In this document: in pieces, positions 18,692 through 27,353 of the stretch | How the letters are laid out: each line of letters begins with the position of its first letter | Numbering within the stretch: position 1 is the first letter of the stretch | Assembly (NCBI GenBank): GCA_017440405.1 | Contig: JAFSHG010000074.1 | Span: 1-47,054 of the forward strand | Reading direction: 5' to 3' | DNA length: 47,054 bases | Source: Clostridia bacterium | GTDB lineage: Bacteria > Bacillota > Clostridia > Christensenellales > CAG-138 | Notes under the pieces: model-generated | The model's database searches: none | What the model was told of the DNA's origin: nothing | Seen by the model: the letters and a program-made list of their open reading frames with translations, nothing else | Translations under genes and position numbers: made by a program

Positions 18692-19568
18692 AATCCACAA
18701 TCTCCTTTGCAGGCAGCTCCAAAAGCTGGGGATTTTGCAGAAGATGTTTTAAGAGCTTGAATGTCTTTGAATAATAGTAACCGTCTGCTATGCGCTCATC
18801 AATGGTGAGACTCAGCTCCAATGCCGGTCTCATGTCCACATTTCCCTGCTCATCAAAAAACGGCGCAAGATGCTTCTCTCCTATTACTACAAACACGGAG
18901 TTTGTGCCCCAGTTCGTGAGGTGATGATAAGTTGCGTGCAGTTTTATGCTTCCAAGATTGGAAATAAAAACGCTGGAATAGCAAGGATCTTCCTTTATGA
19001 GTGCAGAAGGCACTTTCCCATGGAAATCCAAAACGTGCAGAAGATTTACAAGCCAACGCAACAGGAAATTCGGCATTTTTACCAGAATACCCATTTTCTC
19101 CGTGGAATTATCTTCTCTCTTTCCGCTGCGCACTTGCATAACTTCGTTCATTATGCGGTCGTGCACTGAGTTTATGGTGGTGCTGTCGTCAAACTTCATT
19201 GTAAGAAGTGCTTCGTGGGCATCATCACCGAAATACTTTTTTGCCACAAAAGCAAGGCTCAGGTGGTCTCTTTGATACAGTCTCTTGCCCTGTATGAATC
19301 GGTTCATCTTGGGTCTTAGTGTAACTGTCTTTACAAGTGCTGCCGCAATAGCGTGAAACAGCGTGTACTTGTACTCGGGATTGTCCGCATTCTTCTTTTC
19401 CAGATAAGCCAAAAGGTTTGTAAGGTCTATCTGTTCTGTAACAAAGCATTCTGAATCTGCTCTGTTCGGGTAAAGATGCGGAACAAACAGGTGCATAGGG
19501 TCCACGTCACGGAGTAAATATCCGTCACGACGATCGCCCCAGCGTTTCTTAGCCGGTAATTGTTCCAT
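18684..19568 (-). CDS. Stand-alone 2-oxoacid dehydrogenase E2 catalytic-domain-like (CAT-fold) acyltransferase homologue; DHR motif is DER
   Basis: 294 aa. The C-terminus ..ALELSLTIDERIADGYYYSKTFKLLKHLLQNPQLL aligns with the E2 signature ..LSLS.DHR.IDGA.AA.FL...K..LE.P..LL. No lipoyl or subunit-binding domain. RBS GGAGG. Confidence 0.75.
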   Translation of the reverse strand: MEQLPAKKRWGDRRDGYLLRDVDPMHLFVPHLYPNRADSECFVTEQIDLTNLLAYLEKKNADNPEYKYTLFHAIAAALVKTVTLRPKMNRFIQGKRLYQRDHLSLAFVAKKYFGDDAHEALLTMKFDDSTTINSVHDRIMNEVMQVRSGKREDNSTEKMGILVKMPNFLLRWLVNLLHVLDFHGKVPSALIKEDPCYSSVFISNLGSIKLHATYHHLTNWGTNSVFVVIGEKHLAPFFDEQGNVDMRPALELSLTIDERIADGYYYSKTFKLLKHLLQNPQLLELPAKEIVDYE

Positions 19569-19652
19569 GTGTTATAAGTCCTCCAAAAATAAAATAAAAA
19601 ATATAACATACTAATTATATGCCATGCAACGCCATTTTTCTACATGAAAATT

Positions 19653-19680
19653 ATTGTATATAATTGTGTCACTGTGACAA
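19653..19680 (-). promoter_or_regulatory. Putative promoter (TTGTCA-16-TACAAT) overlapped by the perfect 13-bp palindrome TGTCAC-N-GTGACA (19667-19679)
   Basis: Read directly from the sequence. It lies about 90 nt upstream of the E2-like gene start. Confidence 0.4.
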
Positions 19681-19822
19681 CTTAAATACATGTTCATATT
19701 CTTGCGGAGGAAACAGGTTTATGCTACAATTACAAAAACAGCCTTTGTATCGGAGAAAAGCATGTCCGTGCAATCAGAATGTGCCGCAATACACGCTATG
19801 GCAAGGAGTGTTGAGGAAAAAA

Positions 19823-20023
19823 TTATCTGCCGTACAACAGCAAAGTGATAATTACTCCCACCGCAAGCCCTGCTGCCAGACAAATGAGCCACACGGGCAT
19901 AATGCATATAAGTATCACCGTGCATATGACGGCGAGTATAAACGGAATCCATGCAAATGTCTTTCGCCTGCGTCTGTAAGCATATCCGCATGAGCGTCTG
20001 CACGGGTTGGCATATCTGTGCAT
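19823..20023 (-). CDS. Small two-TM membrane protein with basic Cys-containing N-terminus
   Basis: 66 aa. Strong RBS GGAGGAAAACCC-ATG. RYANPCRRSCGYAYRRRRK is followed by two hydrophobic helices. Confidence 0.55.
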   Translation of the reverse strand: MHRYANPCRRSCGYAYRRRRKTFAWIPFILAVICTVILICIMPVWLICLAAGLAVGVIITLLLYGR

Positions 20024-20198
20024 GGGTTTTCCTCCTTTTCCCGTGATTGGGGCTTTATGTAATTATTCTATGCGAAACGGGGCTATTCTGTGCAAGGTCT
20101 GTCATACATAAAACCCTGCACATATTTTATTTTCATCAAAACCGTATCGCATTGCAACTTTTTGTATGCATACTCGGTATTATAAGTGAAAGAGGTGA

Positions 20199-20720
20199 AT
20201 GAAAATGCTGATGTTGTTACTGCAGAACAACTTGCAGACGGATGACCCGTACATGAAAACGGCAGAGAACGCTTTTATACGGTATTCGGACATGGTGTTT
20301 GCGCTTGCATATTCCCGTTGCGGAGCGAATTATTCCGATGCACAGGACATCACGGGGGAAGTTTTTTACAGATTGGTACGCAAAAAGCCCGAATTTGAGT
20401 CCGATGAACATATGCGTGCATGGCTTGTGCGAGTAACATTAAATTGCACGGCTTCCATGCAAACCACGGCTTGGCATAAAAACACGGTTTCCCTCACCGA
20501 ATCTCCCGTAACACAGGCAATGGACGAGGAGGACAGCGAAGTATATGCGGCGGTACTCTCACTGCCCGTGAAATTGAGGACGGCAATTCACCTGTTTTAT
20601 TATGAAGATTATTCTGTTGAGGACATCGCAAAGGCCATGGGAGCAAAACCGAACACGGTAAAATCATGGCTCAAACGAGGACGGGATTCTCTCAGGAATA
20701 AGCTGAAAGACGAAATATAA
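20199..20720 (+). CDS. ECF-type RNA polymerase sigma-70 family factor
   Basis: Sigma region 2 (..DAQDITGEVFYRL..W..RV..N) and region 4 HTH (YYEDYSVEDIAKAMGAKPNTVKSWLKRGR). The true start may be ATG 20205. Confidence 0.87.
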   Translation: MKMLMLLLQNNLQTDDPYMKTAENAFIRYSDMVFALAYSRCGANYSDAQDITGEVFYRLVRKKPEFESDEHMRAWLVRVTLNCTASMQTTAWHKNTVSLTESPVTQAMDEEDSEVYAAVLSLPVKLRTAIHLFYYEDYSVEDIAKAMGAKPNTVKSWLKRGRDSLRNKLKDEI

Positions 20721-20742
20721 TCATGAGAAAGGAGAGCTTTAT

Positions 20743-22827
20743 ATGTTCAGCAAAAAGTACAAAAAGGCGAATGAAGCCGTAAAACTTTCCGATAAGGACA
20801 AAGAAAGGATACTGACCAATATGCGTGAAAATAAAATAACCAATACCCACAACAAAAAGAATACAAGAAAGCGAAACACCATCATTGCAGCGGTGGCAGC
20901 GGCATGTGTTACAATATTCCTTGCGGGCTATCTCATAAACGGCTTGGATATGCTCTACGGCGACCACGACAACAGAAAAGAGAAAGACTTCACCGCACAT
21001 GTGTCCGAACCTGCCGATTACAACGAAATTTTCATGCAGCTTGAAAAGCTTCAAAAGGAAACTGAGCAGTTATACACGAACGGGATAAAGGGGGAAATTA
21101 TAGTGGAAGACGCCATGGGTGCAGACGATGCGGAAACCGTCATACAGGGCACAAATGATGCACCCGAGAGCAGCAGAGATGAAGATTTTTCGGAAACAAA
21201 CACTCAGGTAGAGGGTGTTGACGAAGCTGACATAATCAAAACCGACGGCAAATATATATATGCCATGAACGAAAAGTGTGTAAACATATTCAAGCCGGAC
21301 GGTGAAAACACAACTTTTATAGGCAGAATAAAAAGGGAATCAGAAGCGGACGGCTATGCTTTCATGGGGATGTATCTGCATAAAGACACTCTCGTTATCA
21401 TAGCAAGCACATTCTCATACACCTACGGGTACAAGGTGTATGCCGATGATTATACATACTCGGACAGCGAAAAGTCCATGACACGGGTATTGTTCTACGA
21501 CATCACAGACCCCGAAAAGCCGATATTCAAGAACGCAACGGCTCAGGACGGCGCATATGAAAACTCCCGACTTTCAAACGGTGTTCTGTACACGGTATCT
21601 TCACATTATGCATACACATATTGGGACGATGTGAATAAAGACGAACCCGAAAGCTTTGTTCCCTGCGTGGAGTACTCGGGAAAACGTGTTGTAATTGCGG
21701 CAGAGGATATAAAACTGCTTGACGATGTGAGTCCAAACTACTCCGTGGTAACGTCAGTGGATATGGAAAACACACAGGAGATAAAAAGTTCCTTGGGCGC
21801 ACTTGGCTCGATATCGGGAATGTATGCAAGCACAGACAATATACTCCTGTACTCCAACACATATGTCACCGACGAATATAAGGTAAAACAAAATGAGGAC
21901 GGCACATATGAGAAAGTTTCGGATGATGCCGATTCCGATATTTACGGCACACACGGCAGAAATATCGCAAACCTTTATCTTATCTCCATGAACGACGGCG
22001 ATTTAAAACTGGAAAAGACTCAAACCGTAAACGGAATGATAGACAGCCAATTCTCCTTGGACGAATACGACGACCACTTCCGAATCGTTACGAACTACAC
22101 AGAACATTACGGTTTTTATGAAAAACGCAAGGACATATTCGGCGGCGAACAGTACAATTATTATACGGACAGCCAAAACCGTGAAACCAACAACCTCTAT
22201 GTTTTGGACAATAAGCTGGAAGTTACGGGACTTATAGAAAACATCGCCCGTGACGAGGCGATAAAATCGGCAAGGTTTATGGGCGACATAGGTTACTTTG
22301 TAACTTTCCGTCAGACCGACCCCTTATTCTCCGTGGATTTATCGGACCACGAGAACCCGAAAATAATAGGCGAACTGAAAATTCCCGGTTTCTCCGAATA
22401 CTTGCAAAGTTACGGCGAGGGTCTGCTATTTGGTTTCGGGTATGCCGCAGATGAGAATACGGGCGGCACATACGGTATAAAACTCTCCATGTTTGATGTG
22501 AGCGACCCCGAAAATGTCAGCGAGACGGCGTGTACGGAGCTTCACGGAAAATGGTCATCGGCATGTGATAACCACAAGGCAATACTTGCCGATGCAGAGA
22601 AGAACATAATAGGCTTCCCCGTGGAAAACGGTTATATGATTTATTCATACGACGGTGAAAAGTTCTTGGAAGAAGGCGTGGTGGAGATAAAAAACCATGA
22701 CTGGACATGGGATATGCGAGGCATGTACATAGGTGACTATTACTATGTGGCAGACACCCGGAACGGAAATCTTATTGTGTTGGACATGGTAAACTTCCGA
22801 ATGCTTGCTACGGTTACGGCAAAGTAA
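20743..22827 (+). CDS. Single-pass membrane protein with extracytoplasmic beta-propeller domain (Beta_propel family); candidate anti-sigma/sensor
   Basis: About 45 cytoplasmic aa, then a TM helix (IIAAVAAACVTIFLAGYLI), then the hallmark FSETNTQVEGVDEADIIKTDGKYIY. It lies 22 nt downstream of the ECF sigma gene. Confidence 0.78.
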   Translation: MFSKKYKKANEAVKLSDKDKERILTNMRENKITNTHNKKNTRKRNTIIAAVAAACVTIFLAGYLINGLDMLYGDHDNRKEKDFTAHVSEPADYNEIFMQLEKLQKETEQLYTNGIKGEIIVEDAMGADDAETVIQGTNDAPESSRDEDFSETNTQVEGVDEADIIKTDGKYIYAMNEKCVNIFKPDGENTTFIGRIKRESEADGYAFMGMYLHKDTLVIIASTFSYTYGYKVYADDYTYSDSEKSMTRVLFYDITDPEKPIFKNATAQDGAYENSRLSNGVLYTVSSHYAYTYWDDVNKDEPESFVPCVEYSGKRVVIAAEDIKLLDDVSPNYSVVTSVDMENTQEIKSSLGALGSISGMYASTDNILLYSNTYVTDEYKVKQNEDGTYEKVSDDADSDIYGTHGRNIANLYLISMNDGDLKLEKTQTVNGMIDSQFSLDEYDDHFRIVTNYTEHYGFYEKRKDIFGGEQYNYYTDSQNRETNNLYVLDNKLEVTGLIENIARDEAIKSARFMGDIGYFVTFRQTDPLFSVDLSDHENPKIIGELKIPGFSEYLQSYGEGLLFGFGYAADENTGGTYGIKLSMFDVSDPENVSETACTELHGKWSSACDNHKAILADAEKNIIGFPVENGYMIYSYDGEKFLEEGVVEIKNHDWTWDMRGMYIGDYYYVADTRNGNLIVLDMVNFRMLATVTAK

Positions 22828-22851
22828 CACTGCAATCTGCATGAGTTAGAC

Positions 22852-22888
22852 AAAAGGGGCTGCAAACAGAAACAGCTCCTTTTATTTG
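22852..22888. terminator. Bidirectional terminator between the beta-propeller gene and ispDF
   Basis: AAAAGGGGCTG-N10-CAGCTCCTTTT. Confidence 0.7.
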
Positions 22889-22903
22889 TCCGCATATGTA
22901 AAC

Positions 22904-24028
22904 TCAATTTATTTTTTGCACCGTTGCAACGGCACGCACCGTTATGCACTCCAAATTTCCCTCGGGGCCCGTGTGTTCGGGCGTAGTGGCTTTCACACTC
23001 ACGCATGAAACGTCAACACCCAATGCACCCGATAAGTTCTCACGCATTTTTTCAATGTGAGGTGCAAGTTTCGGTTCTTGTGCAGTTACTGTTGCGTCCA
23101 CATTCACAATGCAAAACCCGTTTTCACGGCAAAGCGTCATGACTCGGTGCAAAAGCTGCACACTGTTTGCACCCTTGTATGCGGGGTCGGTATCGGGGAA
23201 ATGCCTTCCTATGTCGCCCAATGCACATGCGCCCAATACGGCATCCGATATAGCATGGCAAAGGACATCTGCATCGGAATGGCCTAAAAGCCCCATGCGA
23301 TAATCTATCTCAACGCCGCCTAAAATGAGCTTTCTGCCTTCAACAAGTCGGTGTGTGTCCTCACCTATTCCCACTCGCATTTGACCCAATCTTCTGTGGA
23401 TACAACTCTCAAAAAAAGCTATATCAGAAGGTCTTGTAAGTTTTTGATTCATAAAATCGGATTCAAAGTAGTGCGGATTGCCGTCTGCCTGAATAAACAC
23501 GCCGCAATCGTCTGTATTGGTATGCATACCGTCTTTTTCATATGCATCCCGTATGAGTTCATATTGAAATGCTTGCGGCGTGTGCATAATGCGAAGGCTG
23601 TCTCTATCCAAAGTGATATTTTCAAAGTTTCTCACAGTATCACTGACGGGAAGGGATGCCACGGCACTACCGTATTTTTTTGCTTCTTCAACACTCCTGT
23701 TTATTATATCGGGTGTGACGAGACAGCGAGCACCGTCATGTATTACGGCAATATCAGCGTCTTGTGCAGCGCAAAGCGCATTATATACGGACTCTCCCCT
23801 CGTTTCTCCCCCGAGTACCGTTTTTACGGGTTTTGTGCAGGGCAAATCATGTACATGCCTTGCCGTATCGTCCGTTACCGTAATTATTATTTCATCCACG
23901 CAAGATTCTTCCATAGCCCTCATGCACAACTCTATGGGAGTATATCCGCATATTCGCATGAGCATTTTATTTTCACCCATGCGGGTACCACGGCCTGCCG
24001 CAAGTATAATTCCTATCGTCTTTTTCAT
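22904..24028 (-). CDS. ispDF: Fused IspD/IspF: MEP cytidylyltransferase / MEcPP synthase
   Basis: 374 aa. The N-terminal half carries IILAAGRGTRMG (IspD). The C-terminal half carries RVGIGEDTHRL..GHSDADV..HA..DA (IspF). Confidence 0.92.
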   Translation of the reverse strand: MKKTIGIILAAGRGTRMGENKMLMRICGYTPIELCMRAMEESCVDEIIITVTDDTARHVHDLPCTKPVKTVLGGETRGESVYNALCAAQDADIAVIHDGARCLVTPDIINRSVEEAKKYGSAVASLPVSDTVRNFENITLDRDSLRIMHTPQAFQYELIRDAYEKDGMHTNTDDCGVFIQADGNPHYFESDFMNQKLTRPSDIAFFESCIHRRLGQMRVGIGEDTHRLVEGRKLILGGVEIDYRMGLLGHSDADVLCHAISDAVLGACALGDIGRHFPDTDPAYKGANSVQLLHRVMTLCRENGFCIVNVDATVTAQEPKLAPHIEKMRENLSGALGVDVSCVSVKATTPEHTGPEGNLECITVRAVATVQKIN

Positions 24029-24270
24029 TTCGTAACCATCTCGTACATGGAAGCCGCATCCGCCTTTGCCGCATGTTCGGATATGGAGAGTATGCGGAAT
24101 GTGGTTTCATTTGCACCGAAGCGCACCGTCACCACATCGCCCTCTTTCACGTCGGTGGATGGCTTGGCAACCTTGCCGTTCACCGAAACATGCCCCGTAT
24201 CGCACGCCTCGTTTGCCACGCTCCTGCGCTTTATCACTCGGGATACTTTCAAATATTTATCAAGTCGCAT
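24025..24270 (-). CDS. rqcP: S4-domain RNA-binding protein, YabO/RqcP-like (ribosome quality control)
   Basis: 81 aa. MRLDKYLKVSRVIKRRSVANEA...G.V.VNGK.AKPS.DVK.GD..TVRFG closely parallels B. subtilis YabO. It has a 4-nt overlap with ispDF. Confidence 0.8.
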   Translation of the reverse strand: MRLDKYLKVSRVIKRRSVANEACDTGHVSVNGKVAKPSTDVKEGDVVTVRFGANETTFRILSISEHAAKADAASMYEMVTK

Positions 24271-24302
24271 TTTGTACTTTCACCCCTGTTTTTAACTTAA
24301 AA

Positions 24303-24340
24303 TAAATTCAGGCGGAAAACCGCGCGCTTTGCGGCTTTCC
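24303..24340 (-). terminator. Probable terminator of the PrsA-like gene
   Basis: GGAAAGCCGC-N7-GCGGTTTTCC (one mismatch), followed by a U-rich tract on the minus strand. Confidence 0.45.
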
Positions 24341-24363
24341 ACCCTCATGATTACATCAAAAGC

Positions 24364-25848
24364 TTATTTGCAAAGGCTCTCTATGAGTTTGTCATTGCGG
24401 ATAACATCCTTGCCCTCGTCAAGCCATTCCTGCATCTGTTTGTCATATGCATCCTGCTTTTCTTTGCCTATGAGGTTTTCTCTTATAGCGTCCTTCATGC
24501 TTTCAAGAGTTTTCGTGCCGTTCTTTTCATCGCCTATGCGGTAAATGATGTGATAGCCGTCATCTGCCATGAAAACTTCTGAATACTCGCCTATTTTAAG
24601 CTCGGCGAACTCCCTCTTTACAGCCGTAAGCCAATCAGACTCGGACGTGTACTCGGAGCTTATGAGTCTGCCCTTCTCTGCAAAAACTCCGCCCTCTTTG
24701 TATTCGTCGGCTTCCGTATACTCATTCATTACGTCCACAAAGTCCTCACCGTTTTCCAAGGCTTTATATGCTTTATCTATCTTCTTTTTCTCGTCTTTAT
24801 AGAGTTTTTTAAGCTCTGCATTGTTTTCTTTTTCAAGCTCTTTGTACTCTTTCATTATTTCAGACATGCGAGCTTCACTTGCCGCTGTCTTTCCGTTTTT
24901 ATCGTTGTCAAAAGCAAGGCGGCCGTACTCGTCTATGAGAGCGGACATCTTTTCTGCATTTTCATTGTACTGTTCACTTGTTTCTTTGTCACCCTTTACA
25001 TGTATGTCATACACTCTGGAATAGCCTGTGGGCACATATGCCGGGGGAACTGCCGTGGTACCGTCGGAAATGAAGCCTGTGCTCTCATAACTGTCGCACT
25101 CGTCCTTATAGCTTTCGGGATGCTCTTTGAAGTATTCCTCATCGTCCTCCACTGCATCTTCATACCATTTCTTTATGTCTTCATCGGAAACTTCCGTATC
25201 CTTTGTAAGCTCCTCAAAGAGAAGGTCTTTTATGTAGCTTTCTTCTTCCTGCTCATAGAGGTAGTCATAGTACTCTTCCAGTGTGGTACCGTCACCGCAA
25301 TAATATGCAGCTTCATCCAATATGTATTTTTCCACTGCCTCTGCAATGTCTGCTTCATCGCTCATGCCGCCGTCTTCCACAGCATAATCGGTGTAGTAAT
25401 CGTACATATCTTTCTTTTCTGCCTCAAAGCGGTCTTCTATTTCTTTCTTCTGCTCATCCGTGAAGTCTGTAAGCCCCAAAACATCTGCTTGATGCAGTAT
25501 CATGGTATCTTCCGTGAGAGACTCCGTTATGAGGTCAAGATACTTGGTAAGAGTTTCATTGCTCTCCATGATATCCACACTGTAATTGGTTTTGTAGTAT
25601 GTGTATATCTCCTGGAAGAAGTCCAGATACTCGTCCATGGTGACTGTACGCTTGCCTATGGTAATTACGGGAGTATCAAGCTCTTCTTGCGTGTAGTTTG
25701 CCTTAAATGAGGTTTCTGTGAGTTCATTTCCGCTCTGTGTTGCGTCAGAATCCTTTGTATCATCGCCATACAGCGAGCATGAACACAGACATGCCAGTGC
25801 CAATATGAGGCACAGAAGGAATTTTGTTTTTCCGATTATCTTTTTCAT
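24364..25848 (-). CDS. Lipoprotein, SurA/PrsA-like foldase (very acidic, degenerate PpiC-type domain)
   Basis: Signal peptide plus lipobox (LALACLCSC). SurA_N-like region. The C-terminal segment reads ..GEYSEVFMADDGYHIIYRI.. . Confidence 0.65.
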   Translation of the reverse strand: MKKIIGKTKFLLCLILALACLCSCSLYGDDTKDSDATQSGNELTETSFKANYTQEELDTPVITIGKRTVTMDEYLDFFQEIYTYYKTNYSVDIMESNETLTKYLDLITESLTEDTMILHQADVLGLTDFTDEQKKEIEDRFEAEKKDMYDYYTDYAVEDGGMSDEADIAEAVEKYILDEAAYYCGDGTTLEEYYDYLYEQEEESYIKDLLFEELTKDTEVSDEDIKKWYEDAVEDDEEYFKEHPESYKDECDSYESTGFISDGTTAVPPAYVPTGYSRVYDIHVKGDKETSEQYNENAEKMSALIDEYGRLAFDNDKNGKTAASEARMSEIMKEYKELEKENNAELKKLYKDEKKKIDKAYKALENGEDFVDVMNEYTEADEYKEGGVFAEKGRLISSEYTSESDWLTAVKREFAELKIGEYSEVFMADDGYHIIYRIGDEKNGTKTLESMKDAIRENLIGKEKQDAYDKQMQEWLDEGKDVIRNDKLIESLCK

Positions 25849-25946
25849 TGTATATCTCCTATATGTTTTTCTCGAAAGAGGATTTTTTGCACACTCCGCT
25901 TAAATCCGAATGCACACATTTTACCTTCTCTTCCTATTCAATCTCC

Positions 25947-25975
25947 TATTATAGCAGATTATATCCGTAACTTCA
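25947..25975 (-). promoter_or_regulatory. Putative promoter of the PrsA-like gene (TTGAAG-17-TATAAT)
   Basis: On the minus strand, the -35 lies at 25975-25970 and the -10 at 25952-25947. Confidence 0.45.
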
Positions 25976-26134
25976 AATGTATTTTTATGTTATGAACACA
26001 ATGCGTCAAAACCCTGTTTGTCATATGAAATACTAAACCGCACACCCCGTTTTTACAACTGTATGTTATCACCCATATGTGCCTTGATAACAAAAAGAGT
26101 GCGTAACTGTGCTGCTCGACAAATTGGAATTTGT

Positions 26135-26440
26135 CTATTTCTTTTTCTTTGGTTCGGGTAGTTCTTCGTATATTGACTCGAATAGTTTTTTCAAAAAAAC
26201 TCTATCCTCGATATCTTCCACAAGGAGCATTTCCTTTCCACCTTCGTATGGCAGTTCTTTCGGTGCTTCTATCATCAATACAACCGCAGACGGTGTTGGT
26301 TTGACGAGCAAACGATTATCATAGACACCACCAACAACCTTGCCACCATAGTATAGCACATATTCTCCCATCATAGCACGGGCAGTGAGACCGTTACATT
26401 GTTCTAATACGAAATCTATATATTCTTTGCTGCTTGCCAT
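26135..26440 (-). CDS. TfoX/Sxy N-terminal-domain protein
   Basis: 101 aa. ..YIDFVLEQ......RAMMGEYVLYYGGKVVGGVYDNRLLVK is typical of TfoX_N. Confidence 0.78.
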   Translation of the reverse strand: MASSKEYIDFVLEQCNGLTARAMMGEYVLYYGGKVVGGVYDNRLLVKPTPSAVVLMIEAPKELPYEGGKEMLLVEDIEDRVFLKKLFESIYEELPEPKKKK

Positions 26441-26450
26441 AATTACCTCG

Positions 26451-26949
26451 TCAAATTCTTATTCAGCGCATACAAGTATTTACGAATTTTATTGGTACAT
26501 CCATGCGCTCTGCAACCTGTTCCTGGGTCATGCCGCTATCCAAAAATCGTTTGCAAACCACTTTCAGGTTTTCGCCAATCTCAATGATATGCTTGTCGGG
26601 ATCGTAAATTCTAACCACTCGTTGCCCCCACGAATGTTCCTTGATGGGATGCACGTATTCCACATCACACTTTTTCAGTCTTTCAGCGAACGCATCAAAA
26701 TCATCCTCTTCAAAGTAAATCTCAAAGCTATTGCTACCGAAAGAAATATCATCGGTGCCAATAAAATCTTGCCACGTTTCAAGAGTCTGTAATGCCAAGC
26801 CGCCTGTCAAGGTTTTGTTTGCTCCAAAATCCATAATTACGTGGAACCCAAACACCTTTTTATAAAATTCAACGGACTTATCTATGTCAGTCACTACAAG
26901 CATAGGATTCTTAAATTTCATCAGCTGCACCCCTGCAAATTCTTATTCA
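26451..26949. repeat. Exact 14-nt direct repeat CAAATTCTTATTCA (26451-26464 and 26936-26949) bracketing the VOC gene
   Basis: On the coding (minus) strand, both TfoX and VOC are preceded by TGAATAAGAATTTG-N2-G-R-GGT(RBS)..ATG. Confidence 0.9.
26463..26921 (-). CDS. VOC (glyoxalase/bleomycin-resistance fold) family protein
   Basis: Starts MKFKNPMLVVTDIDKSVEFYKKVFGF. The later segment ..WGQRVVRIYDPDKHIIEIGE is also typical of the fold. ATG 26921 with RBS AGGGGTG is preferred over the track GTG at 26930. Confidence 0.82.
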   Translation of the reverse strand: MKFKNPMLVVTDIDKSVEFYKKVFGFHVIMDFGANKTLTGGLALQTLETWQDFIGTDDISFGSNSFEIYFEEDDFDAFAERLKKCDVEYVHPIKEHSWGQRVVRIYDPDKHIIEIGENLKVVCKRFLDSGMTQEQVAERMDVPIKFVNTCMR

Positions 26950-27044
26950 TCGAATTGATTATATCACAAAAGCTTGTAGTTTCAATATCTGTGAAGTATC
27001 ACTTCACAAACAAAAGGGCTCTCGTACACGTTTTATGTTGTGTA

Positions 27045-27087
27045 AGAAAACTACCCCCTCCGTTTCGTCCTTGGACTCCGAGGGGGC
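27045..27087 (-). terminator. Terminator of the small RHH gene
   Basis: On the minus strand, CCCCCTCGG..(inner GTCC-AA-GGAC)..GAGGGGG is followed by TAGTTTTCTT. Confidence 0.65.
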
Positions 27088-27092
27088 TGTTT

Positions 27093-27299
27093 TTAATTGC
27101 TTTCTGTTTTTTGTTCTTCTTTTCTTATATCTTCACGAATTAACCTTTTTATGTATGTTGCTCTGGGTTCGCCTGCTTCTATGCGTTCTGCAATTCGCTT
27201 TTTGATATCTTCTTCAGATGGATATAATACCATTGAAAAGTGTTCGCATTTTGCGTTGTAGTTTGCTCTTGCTTTTCGGTTACAGTCTTTTATCGGCAT
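27093..27299 (-). CDS. Small ribbon-helix-helix (CopG/Arc-like) protein of the type common on plasmids/ICEs
   Basis: 68 aa. KARANYNAKCEHFSMVLYPSEEDIKKRIAERIEAGEPRATYIKRLIREDI fits a beta-alpha-alpha RHH pattern. RBS GGAAAGGA. Confidence 0.5.
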   Translation of the reverse strand: MPIKDCNRKARANYNAKCEHFSMVLYPSEEDIKKRIAERIEAGEPRATYIKRLIREDIRKEEQKTESN

Positions 27300-27353
27300 A
27301 TTTATTATCCTTTCCCTTGCCTTTTATATTTTTATGGGTTATAATGCAAATGT

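Noticed and set aside
23351-24295. 314-aa ORF antisense to ispDF/rqcP. Similar antisense ORFs occur at 25000..25710, 31835..32542, 2782..3411, 5738..6463, 1061..1603, 4292..4849, 29284..29813 and 44101..44676.
   Set aside because: All are embedded opposite well-supported genes. They lack RBSs and have implausible composition. They are shadow frames.
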